DNA of 64,000 nt from an uncultured cyanobacterium (GCA_963719515.1 CAVRCJ010000020.1:23176-87175); one strand, 5' to 3'. Counted from the stretch's first letter, positions 52,999-62,958 are shown. Made by a program: numbers and translations. Notes: a model not told the origin generated them from the sequence alone.

Positions 52999-53208
52999 AG
53001 GTGATGGGAAGAGGGCGGTAGTTACAGTCTAGGGCGATCGCTTGGACTTGCGCCGCCCATCTGTAGGGCAGGCAACAGCCTGGACGCTCTGGCGCTCTGG
53101 CAACATGGGCGAATAGTAGACATCTTGCTTAGGCATTGACAGTTACGACGAGAAGGTAAAGCTTGTGCCCCCCGGTCAGAAATACTTTTGACCCTTAAAA
53201 ACTGCTTC

Positions 53209-53538
53209 TTAGATTTCTTGCTGCGGCTCTGCAGAGACTTTCAGCGACTTAAACAGCTCAACAAGACCGACCGTACCTACCCCAAATGTATATAGGCCAT
53301 AGCGCCAAAACATCCGGTACCAGACTGGCCTGTGATAGAGCGCAGCGACTACAGCCGCGATCGCCCCCTCAATTAGATGGATTACTAAGGCAAACCGCGC
53401 GACGGCCAGCAAAACTTGGGGAACACCCAAATCAATCTGACCCAATAGCTTAGCGATCTCTAGCCCCAAAGCCAGCGTCATCAAAACAATTGATAGCTGC
53501 TTGATAGCTCTGTTTTCGGTAAAGTTAATAGGCATCAT
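53209..53538 (-). CDS. Hypothetical small membrane protein
   Basis: Hydrophobic helices; H.IEG.IAA and YGLYTF.VGTVGL.EL patterns. Confidence 0.6.
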   Translation of the reverse strand: MMPINFTENRAIKQLSIVLMTLALGLEIAKLLGQIDLGVPQVLLAVARFALVIHLIEGAIAAVVAALYHRPVWYRMFWRYGLYTFGVGTVGLVELFKSLKVSAEPQQEI

Positions 53539-53819
53539 TCTGGCATGGGGTTTACCGATTACCGCCTCATCGGCTGTATTTCCTATGTCTATCCTACGGT
53601 GTACGGCGCTCGAATACGTCCCTTACGCAGAGCCAGTCGGGCGATCGCCCCTCAAGGCTGGTCGTAGGCGATCGCCTCAGCCAAAGCCCCACCTTACCCA
53701 TATTGCATTGGTTCAATTGCTTAGGACACCAAGATTGGCTGAAAGCCTGACGTTGCATAGGCAACTGAACGCGCAACCGTCCTAACAAGTCAGGACAGTT
53801 GCACTAAAACCCAAAGAGT

Positions 53820-54107
53820 CTACGCTTCAGGCATATCGAGGGAGCGTCGCCGCATTAGGTAGGCGAGCACCTGTCCTTCGTTGCGGGTGATTTTGACGCC
53901 GTCGGGGCCGATGGCGACGGGGCCGGTCCAAAGGCTCTGCTCGATGTAGTAGCGCCGGATGTGCATCAGGTGGATGGTTTCCCGAACGCCTGCGGGGGAG
54001 CCGATGAGGATGTGACGGATGATTTCGTCGTTGGGGCTGGGTGGGGGCGTGGTCAGCACGGTGGGTGCCGCCTCGCCGTGGAGTGGCTCGGGGTATATGA
54101 ATGTCAT
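53820..54107 (-). CDS. Small cyanobacterial hypothetical protein (RHILIGSP.GV..TIH motif)
   Basis: SD GGAG upstream; motif recalled from a recurrent uncharacterised cyanobacterial family. Confidence 0.65.
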   Translation of the reverse strand: MTFIYPEPLHGEAAPTVLTTPPPSPNDEIIRHILIGSPAGVRETIHLMHIRRYYIEQSLWTGPVAIGPDGVKITRNEGQVLAYLMRRRSLDMPEA

Positions 54108-54332
54108 TGGGTTTTCTCCGTTTTGATGGGTAAGAAAACCCCGCGAATTTGGCCATCCCGGACTATGGCGTGTCTAGGATGGCCTTCTGCCACGGTTTAA
54201 GATGGCAAAAGTCCAAGACAGGCTGGATCTGTCGCGGGCTAGGGCGCGATCGTCATTAGTGGTGACGATCGCGTCCGCTGTTGACCAAATTTTTGGGGAT
54301 TAGAGCTAGAAATCGATCGGCTCTAGATGGTG

Positions 54333-54362
54333 AGAATAGCGCATTGGGGGAATAGTACGCAA
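54333..54362 (-). promoter_or_regulatory. Putative sigma70 promoter driving the structured leader and small gene
   Basis: Minus strand TTGCGT-N18-TATTCT. Confidence 0.45.
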
Positions 54363-54549
54363 GCCCTAAGTTGGGACATCGTACTTTTACTGCAATGCTC
54401 TGGATCTTTTAGACGTCGCAGCCTTGCGCCTCAGCCCGTGAGAGTGCCAGCCTTAGAAGGAAAGGCGCTAGCATGTCGCTAGAGGATTTTGGTAAGCCTA
54501 ATATGCGACGTAATCCAGACCATTGCCAGTCTAGGGCGGAGATGAGCCT

Positions 54550-56946
54550 GTGAGCAACAGACGGTTTCGCATCGCCTTTTCCTTTGCGGGAGAGAAGCGG
54601 AAATTTGTTGAAAAGGTTGCCGCCATTCTTGCCGAGCAGTTTGGTCAAGACAAAATCCTCTACGACGAGTATCACGAAGCCGAGTTTGCCCGGTACGATC
54701 TCGGCATCCGTTTACCGGTGCTCTACGGGGAGCAGTCGGATCTAATCGTGCCGGTGCTCTGCCCCAACTACGACGAGAAGCGCTGGACGGGGTGGGAGTG
54801 GGTGCATATCTACGGCCTGCTCACGGAAAGAGACGGTCAGCGCGTCATGCCCTGCCGGTTTGACTATGCCACTGCGGGTGGCCTCAGCCCCACCGCTGGC
54901 TTCATCGAGCTAGACCGCAAACAACCCCACCAGCTTGCCACCTTGATCTTGGAGCGGCTGGCCCTCAACGAAGGCAGGCCCAGAACCCACTACACCACCG
55001 ACCTCAGCAGCGGCGATCGCGCCAATATCCCCAACAACCTGCCGCGATCGCGGGCCTTCTTTGGCCGGGAGACAGAGCTGGCGACCATTGCCGAGGCCCT
55101 CTCCCCCGACGCGCGGGGCTGGGGAGCGCTGATTGACGGCCCCGGCGGCATCGGCAAGACGGCCCTGGCCATCCGCGCCGCCGGGCTGGTCCCCGCTGAC
55201 CGCTTCCGGCGGATCATCTTCCTCTCCTCTAAAGAGCGCGAACTCACCGCCGACGGGCAGCGATCGCTGGGGGACTTTGTGCTGCCCAGCTATCTGGAAA
55301 TGCTCAACGCTATTGCCCGGGAGCTAGAGCAGCTGGATCTGATCAAATCTCCGGAAGACGAGCGCTCGGACGTAGTGCTGAGAGCCTTGCGGGAGGCCGA
55401 CGCCCTGCTGGTTCTAGACAACCTGGAGACCTTACCCAAGGGCGATCGCGACCGGCTGTTCGCCTTTTTGAACCGTCTGCCGCGAGGCTGCAGCGCCGTT
55501 GTCACCAGCCGCCGCCGGGCGGATACCAGCGCCATCGTTGTGCGCCTAGATAAACTCGCCGCCACAGCGGCCTTGGCCCTGCTGGCCGAGCTGGCTAAAA
55601 ATAACCCCCGGCTGGCCCGCACCACCGAGCCACAGCGCCGCGCCCTCTACGAAGAGACCGGCGGCAACCCGCTGCTGATGCGCTGGGTAGTGGGGCAGCT
55701 GGGTCTGGGGCGCTGCAAAACCATCGACGCCGCCCTCGCCTTCTTGCGCAGCGCTCCGGCAGGAAATAGCCCGCTGGAATTCATTTTTGGCGACCTGCTG
55801 GACAACTTCACGGGCAATGAAACCAAAGTGCTCGCCGCCCTCACCCACTTCACCCAGCCGGTGGCGACCGCCTTCATCGCCGAGCTAGCCAGCCTCAACC
55901 CAGCCGCCGCCCAGGGTGCCCTGGACGACTTGGCCAGTCGGTCTCTAGTGGTGCCGGACCCAGAGGAGCGGCAGTTTGCCCTAGTGCCCTTGGTGGCGGA
56001 CTTCCTGCGCCGGCAGCGGCCAGAGGCAGTGGCCCAGACCAGCCAGCGCCTGGAGGCCTACGCCTACGCCCTAATCGTCGAGAACGGCTACAAGAACTAC
56101 GATCGCTTCCCGGCGATCGCCGCCGCCTGGCCCCAGGTGTCCCCGGCCATCCCGCTGTTCCTCGCCGGACCCAACGACCGCCTGCAGACGGTGTGCATTG
56201 CGCTTGTAGACTTCCTCGACTTCACGGGCCGCTGGGATGAATGGCTCGCCCTTGAACAGCAGGCAGAAGCGAAAGCGATCGCGGCGGGCGACTTGCACAA
56301 CGCGGGCTGGCGGGCATTTCAAGCGGGAATGGTTCACCGTCTGCGCCAGCAGGCGGACGCGGTGTTGGACTGCGCCGACAGGGCAGCGGCCCACTGGCAG
56401 GCGGCAAAGGCGGGTGCCCGGGAGCGCGCTATCGCTATCCGCTTGCGCGGCCTTGGGCATCGGTTAAAGCAGGACTACCCCGCCGCGATCGCTGCTTATC
56501 GCGAGGCGCTGGACCGGTCTCGCAGTTTGAGCGCCGAGAGCGTGGATGTGGCGATGGCCCTGAATAGCCTCGCCGGAGTCGAGCGGTACTCCGGCGATTT
56601 GGCGGCGGCGGAGCGGGACTACCGCGAAGCGCTGCGGGTGGCCCGTGCGGTTGGCTATAGCGAAATGATTGCCGGATTACCTGGCAGTCTGGCTGCCCTG
56701 GCCCTAGACCGGAAAGACTGGTCCGGGGCGGAGGCCCTGGCCCGCGAGGCGCTGCCCCTATCGGAGAAGCTAGGTCGTCAGGAGTTGATCGCCGGAAATT
56801 GCGATTGCCTTGCCAAAGCCCTAGTGTGCCAGGGCCAACCCGCCGAGGCTCTGCCCTACGCCCGCCGGGCTGTAGACATCTACGCCCAGCTCGGCTCCCC
56901 TAACCTTGCCTCGGCCCAGGCGACGCTGCGGGAGTGCGAGGGCTGA
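54550..56946 (+). CDS. TIR + NB-ARC/STAND NTPase + TPR protein (bacterial NLR-like)
   Basis: TIR (IAFSFAGEKR..VE.VA, WTGWEW); FFGRETEL, Walker A GPGGIGKT, Walker B LLVLDNLE, VVTSR, GGNPL; C-terminal TPRs. Confidence 0.88.
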   Translation: MSNRRFRIAFSFAGEKRKFVEKVAAILAEQFGQDKILYDEYHEAEFARYDLGIRLPVLYGEQSDLIVPVLCPNYDEKRWTGWEWVHIYGLLTERDGQRVMPCRFDYATAGGLSPTAGFIELDRKQPHQLATLILERLALNEGRPRTHYTTDLSSGDRANIPNNLPRSRAFFGRETELATIAEALSPDARGWGALIDGPGGIGKTALAIRAAGLVPADRFRRIIFLSSKERELTADGQRSLGDFVLPSYLEMLNAIARELEQLDLIKSPEDERSDVVLRALREADALLVLDNLETLPKGDRDRLFAFLNRLPRGCSAVVTSRRRADTSAIVVRLDKLAATAALALLAELAKNNPRLARTTEPQRRALYEETGGNPLLMRWVVGQLGLGRCKTIDAALAFLRSAPAGNSPLEFIFGDLLDNFTGNETKVLAALTHFTQPVATAFIAELASLNPAAAQGALDDLASRSLVVPDPEERQFALVPLVADFLRRQRPEAVAQTSQRLEAYAYALIVENGYKNYDRFPAIAAAWPQVSPAIPLFLAGPNDRLQTVCIALVDFLDFTGRWDEWLALEQQAEAKAIAAGDLHNAGWRAFQAGMVHRLRQQADAVLDCADRAAAHWQAAKAGARERAIAIRLRGLGHRLKQDYPAAIAAYREALDRSRSLSAESVDVAMALNSLAGVERYSGDLAAAERDYREALRVARAVGYSEMIAGLPGSLAALALDRKDWSGAEALAREALPLSEKLGRQELIAGNCDCLAKALVCQGQPAEALPYARRAVDIYAQLGSPNLASAQATLRECEG

Positions 56947-56959
56947 GCCGTTTCCCCTT

Positions 56960-57105
56960 CACCCGCGAGTGAACTGCGGGCTATCGGGTAACGTCCACTA
57001 AAGTGGGCTACGGCGCATATGTGCTAGCGCTTGAAGCCCAGTCTGAGTAAAGTCTAACCCACTTGAGTGGGTGTTTTTTGTTAGCCCGCGCTTTAGCTGC
57101 GGGTG
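56960..57105. repeat. REPIN-like inverted arrangement of short palindromes
   Basis: CACCCGCGAGTGAACTGCGGGCTA ... TAGCCCGCGCTTTAGCTGCGGGTG, with inner GTCCACTAAAGTGGGC and ACCCACTTGAGTGGGT. Confidence 0.7.
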
Positions 57106-57240
57106 GGGCAAAAGCCAGTAGAGCGATCGCCGCTGCGCTCCCCCGCCGACCCCGTCAAAAGCCAAACCATCTTAGACAAAAACAAATATCATCTCCCTTA
57201 CAATTGAGGCATAGCCCCTGCTCAACCCAAGTCAAGGCCC

Positions 57241-57795
57241 ATGACGCCAGCCATCGTCCCCAAAAAATGGACCATCGATGACTACCACCAGATGATCGCA
57301 GCAGGCATCCTTAGCGATCGCCCTGTGGAACTGTTGAATGGAGAAATCGTTGAAATGGCTCCCGAAGGCGAACCCCACGCTCACCTGAGCAGCGAGGCGG
57401 CGGACTATCTCCGCGAAGCGCTGCGCGGTCAGGCCAAAATTCGAGAGGGCAAGCCCATTACCCTGCCCGACAATTCAGAGCCAGAGCCAGATATTGCGGT
57501 TGTTCAAAATCTAGGCGACATATACCTAGCGCACCATCCCTATCCAGAAAATATTTTCTGGGTGATTGAGTATTCCAACACTAGTTTGAGAAAAGACCTA
57601 GAAGTCAAGACTAAAACCTATGCTCAAGCTGGCATTTTAGAGTACTGGGTGATCAATCTAAAACGAATGGAGCTGGTAGTCTTCCGAGAACCCGGCGAAG
57701 ACGACTATCGAGAAAAGCGAACGCTGATTGACGGCCAGGTTAGCCCCATCGCGTTTCCGGAAGTGGCGATCGCCGTAGGGCAGTTTTTGAGGTAA
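57241..57795 (+). CDS. Uma2-family (DUF820) protein
   Basis: WTIDDYHQM, VELLNGEIVEM, SEPEPDIAV, K...YAQAGILEYWVINL. Confidence 0.9.
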   Translation: MTPAIVPKKWTIDDYHQMIAAGILSDRPVELLNGEIVEMAPEGEPHAHLSSEAADYLREALRGQAKIREGKPITLPDNSEPEPDIAVVQNLGDIYLAHHPYPENIFWVIEYSNTSLRKDLEVKTKTYAQAGILEYWVINLKRMELVVFREPGEDDYREKRTLIDGQVSPIAFPEVAIAVGQFLR

Positions 57796-58147
57796 CCCGG
57801 CCAGCGTTAAGTTGAGGCAATTGAGCCTCGCCTAGTAGCAGCGCCCCGCGACAGCAGACTTGCGCAGTAAGGGCGATCGCCACCTGGACTGCATCGGTAT
57901 AGGCCGCGGCAAACAGGCCACCGTTAGCGGTGTTGATAGTAATTCCAAGGCAACAGTCCGTAACGCCACAGTTTCAACGCCACAGTTCGGCTCCCAAGAT
58001 ACGGTCTGTTCGGCCTGAAAACACCCCTTTTAGGTGCGGTTTTTTTGACTAGAAGCTCCTCATAATTTTGCGCATCATAGAAACTGTAAACGAGGTTGAA
58101 CGAACCCAATACAGCCTCAAACATCCGTTTCTTTCAAGAGGTTATTC

Positions 58148-58621
58148 ATGATTGTTCGTTACTGGTCCCCCCTCCAAGACGTAGACAACGTCCGCCGTCA
58201 GTTCGACCGCATCTTCGATGAGCTAGCCCCTGCTGAGCAGCGCAGCGCTTGGAGCCCTGCCGTTGCCCTAGTCGACCAAGGCGACGCCCTAGCGCTACAG
58301 GTTCAGCTTCCTGGCTTAAACGCCGACGACATCGACATCCAGGCGAGCCGCGACGCTGTGGCCATCTCCGGCCAGCGCCGTCCCGCTGAAGTGACTGGTC
58401 ACAAAGTGCTCCACAACGAAATCCCCTACGGCAGCTTCCGCCGCGTGGTTTCCCTCCCCGTGGAGGTCGAGCATCAGGCGATCGCTGCTGACTACACCGA
58501 CGGCGTGCTGACCCTAACGCTGCCCAAGGTAGCTGCTGAGCGCAACAAAGTCGTGAAAGTGGCCCTAAACGGCACCGCTGCTCAGCCTGAGCTAGAAGCC
58601 ACCGATCAGGCCGCTGAATAG
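58148..58621 (+). CDS. hspA: Small heat shock protein (Hsp20)
   Basis: WSP...RRQFDRIFDE, LPG, YGSFRRVVSLP, ADYTDGVLTLTLPK. Confidence 0.92.
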   Translation: MIVRYWSPLQDVDNVRRQFDRIFDELAPAEQRSAWSPAVALVDQGDALALQVQLPGLNADDIDIQASRDAVAISGQRRPAEVTGHKVLHNEIPYGSFRRVVSLPVEVEHQAIAADYTDGVLTLTLPKVAAERNKVVKVALNGTAAQPELEATDQAAE

Positions 58622-58674
58622 TCAATAGCTCAGCATTCATAGTCCCAGCCCTTAAGGCCGGGTAATCCTTCACA

Positions 58675-58706
58675 AGGGGCATGGCCGTCTGCCATGCCCT
58701 CTTTTT
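58675..58706 (+). terminator. Rho-independent terminator after hspA
   Basis: AGGGGCATGGC-cgtct-GCCATGCCCTCT followed by a T run. Confidence 0.65.
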
Positions 58707-58812
58707 GTATAGGGCTTGTATCGGGCTGGTCCCTACTGCCTGCCGAATTGCCCTGACATGAAATGAAGTTTTGTAACACAATAGAAAAGAGACAACCTAA
58801 AATCTCGCTACT

Positions 58813-60215
58813 ATGACGGCTATTCAAAACGCGCCAGCGCTCAACTCAACCCCCGACACCTTACCGGCAGGTGGACCCGACCCCGACGGCTTCGACTGGG
58901 CTGAAGCCTGGTATCCCGTCCACTACGTCAAAGACTTAGACAAAGCCCGTTTAACCCGCTTCACGCTGCTAGAGCAAAACATCGTCATCTGGTGGGACCC
59001 CAAAGGCGAAACCTGGCGCGTCTTTGCCGACCAATGCCCCCATCGGCTCGCGCCACTGTCCGAGGGCCGCATCAATGAGAATGGGCTGCTGGAATGCCCC
59101 TATCACGGCTGGGCTTTCTCCGGAAGCGGGGCCTGCGAGCACATCCCCCAGGCCTCGCCCGAAACCCAGGCAAATCTCTCCAACCGGGCCTGCGCCAAAT
59201 CGATGCCCACGGCGGTCTACCAGGGGCTGCTTTTCGTCTATCCCGGCAGCGCCGAGAATGCCGCGAAGGTGAGCATTCCAGGAATTGAGGCGTTAGAAGA
59301 AGACCCAGACGGCTGGGTGCTGCTCAACACCTTCCGGGACTTGCCCTACGACGCCCTGACCCTGCTGGAAAACGTGCTGGATGCGAGCCACATCCCCTAC
59401 ACCCACCACAAAACCGTGGGCAAGCGGGAAAACGCCGCGCCCATGCAGATGGACGTGGTGGAGTCTGGCAAACAGGGCTTCACAGGCATCTGGCCAGAAG
59501 GCCCCCGCAAAGGCCAGCTGGGCACGCAGCACACCACCTTTGTTGCCCCCGCGCTGATGTATCACGACCTCACCTCTAAGCAGTTTGGCCGCACCCTCAC
59601 CGCCGTTTACGCGGTCCCCACCCGAAAGGGCAGTGCCGAGTGTTTGCGCGCTTCCCGTTCAAGTTCTCCTCAAAGCTCCCCGGCTTCTTCATCAAGCTCA
59701 CGCCCCGCTGGTACAGCCACGTCAACAACAATCGCGTTCTAGAAGACGACCAAATCTTCCTGCACATTCAAGAAAGAATGCTAGAAAAAGCCGATGGCAA
59801 GTCCTATGCTCAGGCCTGCTATCTTCCCACTCAGGCCGACCGCTACGTGATGGCGTTTCGCAACTGGATTAGCGAGTTTCAGGCCGACCCGTTCCCAGGG
59901 CGATCGCTTCCGGCAGAAATATCCAAACCGGCGCTGCTAGACCGCTACAGTTCCCACACTCAGCACTGCGGCAGCTGCCGCCCTGCGCTAAAGAACATTC
60001 AAAAGTTGCGCAGGGGGGTGCTTATCCTCAGCGCAGTCGTGTGGTCTGGCGTTCCCCTTGGTATTTCGGTGTTGGGGACTCCTACCGTTTCTGCGGGTGT
60101 AGTTCTGACTGGCATTCCCCTGGCGGCTGGGGCGCTGTGGCTGTGGTTGGGTAATCTGGAGCGCAAGTTCTACCAAGGGAGCGACGTACCGCCCAGGAAT
60201 CTACCGGGTAAATAA
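58813..60215 (+). CDS. Rieske [2Fe-2S] oxygenase, PaO/Tic55-like, split by a -1 frameshift near 59630
   Basis: CPHRLAPLSEG..ECPYHGW; ENVLDASHIPYTHH; EDDQIFLH; HTQHCGSC; adding one base to AAAGGG gives RKGQCRVFARFPF. Confidence 0.88.
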
Positions 60216-60463
60216 CCGCGATCGCCCCCAAAGAAAGTCCAGTCGTGCTCAGTATAGCCATATAGCCGTCTTCTCATAAGGCTGAAGAAGGTGAAGACGC
60301 ACTACTCGATCGCCAAGCCAGATCGTACAGGTGCGGCATCAGCATCTGTACGGCTGCGCTATAGCAGGTAACGTCGGCGCGCTTTGTGACCTAGATGACA
60401 GCACGAACCGACGCTGTCACCTGATCATTTAGCTCTTGACGAACCCTTAAGGAGACAGTCCCT

Positions 60464-61651
60464 GTGAGCCGCAACCGCTTTCCGTCACTCTCACGCCGAC
60501 AGGTCATTCGAGGGCTGCTCGCCACCACCGCCTTCGGGGCCACGCTGAAGTTCAGCACCGGATGCGCCTCCTCTGACAGCTCAGCCGGTGGCTCATCCAG
60601 TGAGGGCGAAGACGGATTGATGGTGGGATTCATCTACGTGGGCCCCAAGGACGACTACGGCTATAACCAGTCTCACGCCGAAGGCGCCGCCATTATGGTG
60701 GATAACGTGGCCGGGGTGGAGATTGTGGAAGAGGCCAACGTGCCGGAAACCACCGCCGTCGCCGAATCCATGCGCAGCATGATTGATATTGACGGGGTCT
60801 CAGTGCTCTTCCCCACCTCGTTTGGCTACTTCGACCCCCACATCCTAGAGATAGCCGAAGAGTATCCCGACGTGCAGTTTTTCCACTGCGGCGGCCTGTA
60901 CCAAGAGGGAGAGCACCCCGAGAACGTGGCCAGCTACTTTGGCTACATCGACGAGGCTCAGTACGTGGCGGGGGTGGTGGCGGCGCTGACGGCCCAAAAC
61001 GGCAAGATGGGCTTTGTGGCCGCCAAGCCGATTCCTCAGGTACTGCGCAACATCAACAGCTTTACCCTGGGCGCTCGCAGCGTTAACCCCGACGCCACTA
61101 CTCAAGTCATCTTTACCGGCAATTGGGCGGAACCCATCAAAGAAGCGGAAGCCGTCAACAGCATGGCCGATCAGGGGATTGAAGTCGTCACCTGCCACGT
61201 GGACAGCCCTAAAGTGGTGATGGAAACCGCAGCTAAGCGAGGCATGTTTACCTCGGGATACCACGCTAGCCAGATGGCCCTCGCCCCCGACCTCTACCTC
61301 ACCGGGGCAGAGTGGAACTGGGGTGAACTCTACACCAGGCTTGCCGAAGATATCAAAGCCGGTCAAACTATCGCGGGCGGCGATATCCCTCACCTGCTGC
61401 GGGGCGGCCTCAAGGATGGCTACTGCACAATGTCGGACTACGGCCCGGCGGTGAGCGCTGAGGCCAAAGAGCAGGCTGAAGCGGTGAAGGCCGAATTTAT
61501 GGACGGCAGCAAGGTGATTTACAACGGCGAAATTAAGGATAACCAGGGGAACGTGGTGGTCTTGGGTTCAGAATCCCTGAAGCAGCAGGAGCCCAAGCTA
61601 GAGCAAATGGACTACCTAGTCGAGGGCGTGATTGGCTCGGTGGGGGCGTAA
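60464..61651 (+). CDS. BMP-family ABC transporter substrate-binding lipoprotein (Tat-like SRR signal)
   Basis: GFIYVGPKDDYGYNQSH, TSFGY, RNINSFTLGARSVNP. Confidence 0.9.
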   Translation: MSRNRFPSLSRRQVIRGLLATTAFGATLKFSTGCASSDSSAGGSSSEGEDGLMVGFIYVGPKDDYGYNQSHAEGAAIMVDNVAGVEIVEEANVPETTAVAESMRSMIDIDGVSVLFPTSFGYFDPHILEIAEEYPDVQFFHCGGLYQEGEHPENVASYFGYIDEAQYVAGVVAALTAQNGKMGFVAAKPIPQVLRNINSFTLGARSVNPDATTQVIFTGNWAEPIKEAEAVNSMADQGIEVVTCHVDSPKVVMETAAKRGMFTSGYHASQMALAPDLYLTGAEWNWGELYTRLAEDIKAGQTIAGGDIPHLLRGGLKDGYCTMSDYGPAVSAEAKEQAEAVKAEFMDGSKVIYNGEIKDNQGNVVVLGSESLKQQEPKLEQMDYLVEGVIGSVGA

Positions 61652-62748
61652 TGGCAACCCAGGCCTGGCGGCAAAAACTGGAGGGTCTCCTCATCCCCGT
61701 TGGCGCAATCTTGTTTTCTCTGGTGCTGTTCGGCCTCTTTTGCGCGGCGGTGGGAGCCAATCCCTTTGGGGTCTACGCCTCTATTTGGAAGGCGGCCTTC
61801 GGTAAGTGGAGTACCTTTCAAAACAGCCTGATTCGCGCTGCGCCCCTGATGCTGGCCTCCCTCTGTACGGCGCTACCGGCGCAGCTGGGTTTAGTCATTA
61901 TCGGTAATGAGGGGGCGCTGGTGATGGGCGGGGTGGCGGCGGTGGCCGCTGGGCTGGCCATTTCATCGGCTCCGGCAATAATCGTGCAGCTGGGAATGGC
62001 GATCGCCGGCATGATTGCAGGCGGCCTGATGATTGCGGCGGCGGGGGCGCTGCGCCACTACCGGGGCGTCAATGAGACCATCAGCAGCCTGCTGCTCAAC
62101 TACATCGGCATCGCCGCCATGAACCATCTGGTGAACGGTCCGATGAAGGACCCCAGCTCCCTTAACAAGCCTTCTACTTTTCCTTTGCCCGACGCCGTAA
62201 TGCTGGGCAGCTTGCCCGGTACCCGCGTTCACTGGGGCCTGCTGTACGGCATTGTTGCCTGCGCGGTGTCCTACGTGCTGATTCGCCGCACCACCTTCGG
62301 CTTTGCCGCCCGCACCGCCGGGGGCAATATCCGCGCCGCCCGCATCGCCGGTCTGCCCGTGGGCAAGCTGACGGTAATTATCTGCTTTTTAGCGGGCTCC
62401 TGCGCCGGGCTGGCGGGCATGGTGGAAGTGGCGGCGGTGCAGGGGTCGGCTAACGAATCACTGAACGTGGGCTATGGCTACGGCGGCATTTTGGTGGCCT
62501 TTGTCGCTCGCCACAACCCGCTAGCGGCGGCGCTGGTGTCGGTGCTGCTGGGGGGCATTTTGGCGAGCGGCGGCATCCTGCAGCGATCGCACGGGTTACC
62601 GGATGCGACGGTGCTGGTGTTTCAGGGCCTGGTGTTTCTGGTGATTTTATATAGCGAATCTCTATACGGCAAGCTGGAATTTTTTAAGGAGAAACCTGCC
62701 CCTACGGCACCCCCACCATCTCAACCCGCAACGCCTGCCCCATCGTAA
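61651..62748 (+). CDS. ABC transporter permease (nucleoside/BPD_transp_2 type)
   Basis: IGNEG, VNETISSLLLNYI, GGNIRAARIAG, GYGYGGILVA. Confidence 0.88.
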   Translation: MATQAWRQKLEGLLIPVGAILFSLVLFGLFCAAVGANPFGVYASIWKAAFGKWSTFQNSLIRAAPLMLASLCTALPAQLGLVIIGNEGALVMGGVAAVAAGLAISSAPAIIVQLGMAIAGMIAGGLMIAAAGALRHYRGVNETISSLLLNYIGIAAMNHLVNGPMKDPSSLNKPSTFPLPDAVMLGSLPGTRVHWGLLYGIVACAVSYVLIRRTTFGFAARTAGGNIRAARIAGLPVGKLTVIICFLAGSCAGLAGMVEVAAVQGSANESLNVGYGYGGILVAFVARHNPLAAALVSVLLGGILASGGILQRSHGLPDATVLVFQGLVFLVILYSESLYGKLEFFKEKPAPTAPPPSQPATPAPS

Positions 62749-62761
62749 ACCCCACCCCACG

Positions 62762-62958
62762 GTAGGGACATGGCATTGCCATGTCCGCTGCGATCGCCCC
62801 ACCGTCCTATCTGATATCTGCGCGGGCGATCGCCCCATCGCCCTACCCGATACCTGCGCGGGTATTCGCCTCGCGAAGGCGCAGCCTTCAATGGCCATTC
62901 GCCCCTAACGTGCCGCCGCCGATCCATTACCCCGTACGGACATGGCACTGCCATGTCC
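62762..62958. repeat. REP-like composite between the two permease genes
   Basis: GTAGGGACATGGCATTGCCATGTCC (62762) and GTACGGACATGGCACTGCCATGTCC (62934) flank a degenerate 36-bp tandem repeat and AATGGCCATTCGCCCCTA. Confidence 0.75.

Noticed and set aside
24511..57795. The two Uma2 genes as restriction or defence nucleases
   Set aside because: A highly expanded, ubiquitous cyanobacterial family, with no partner genes here
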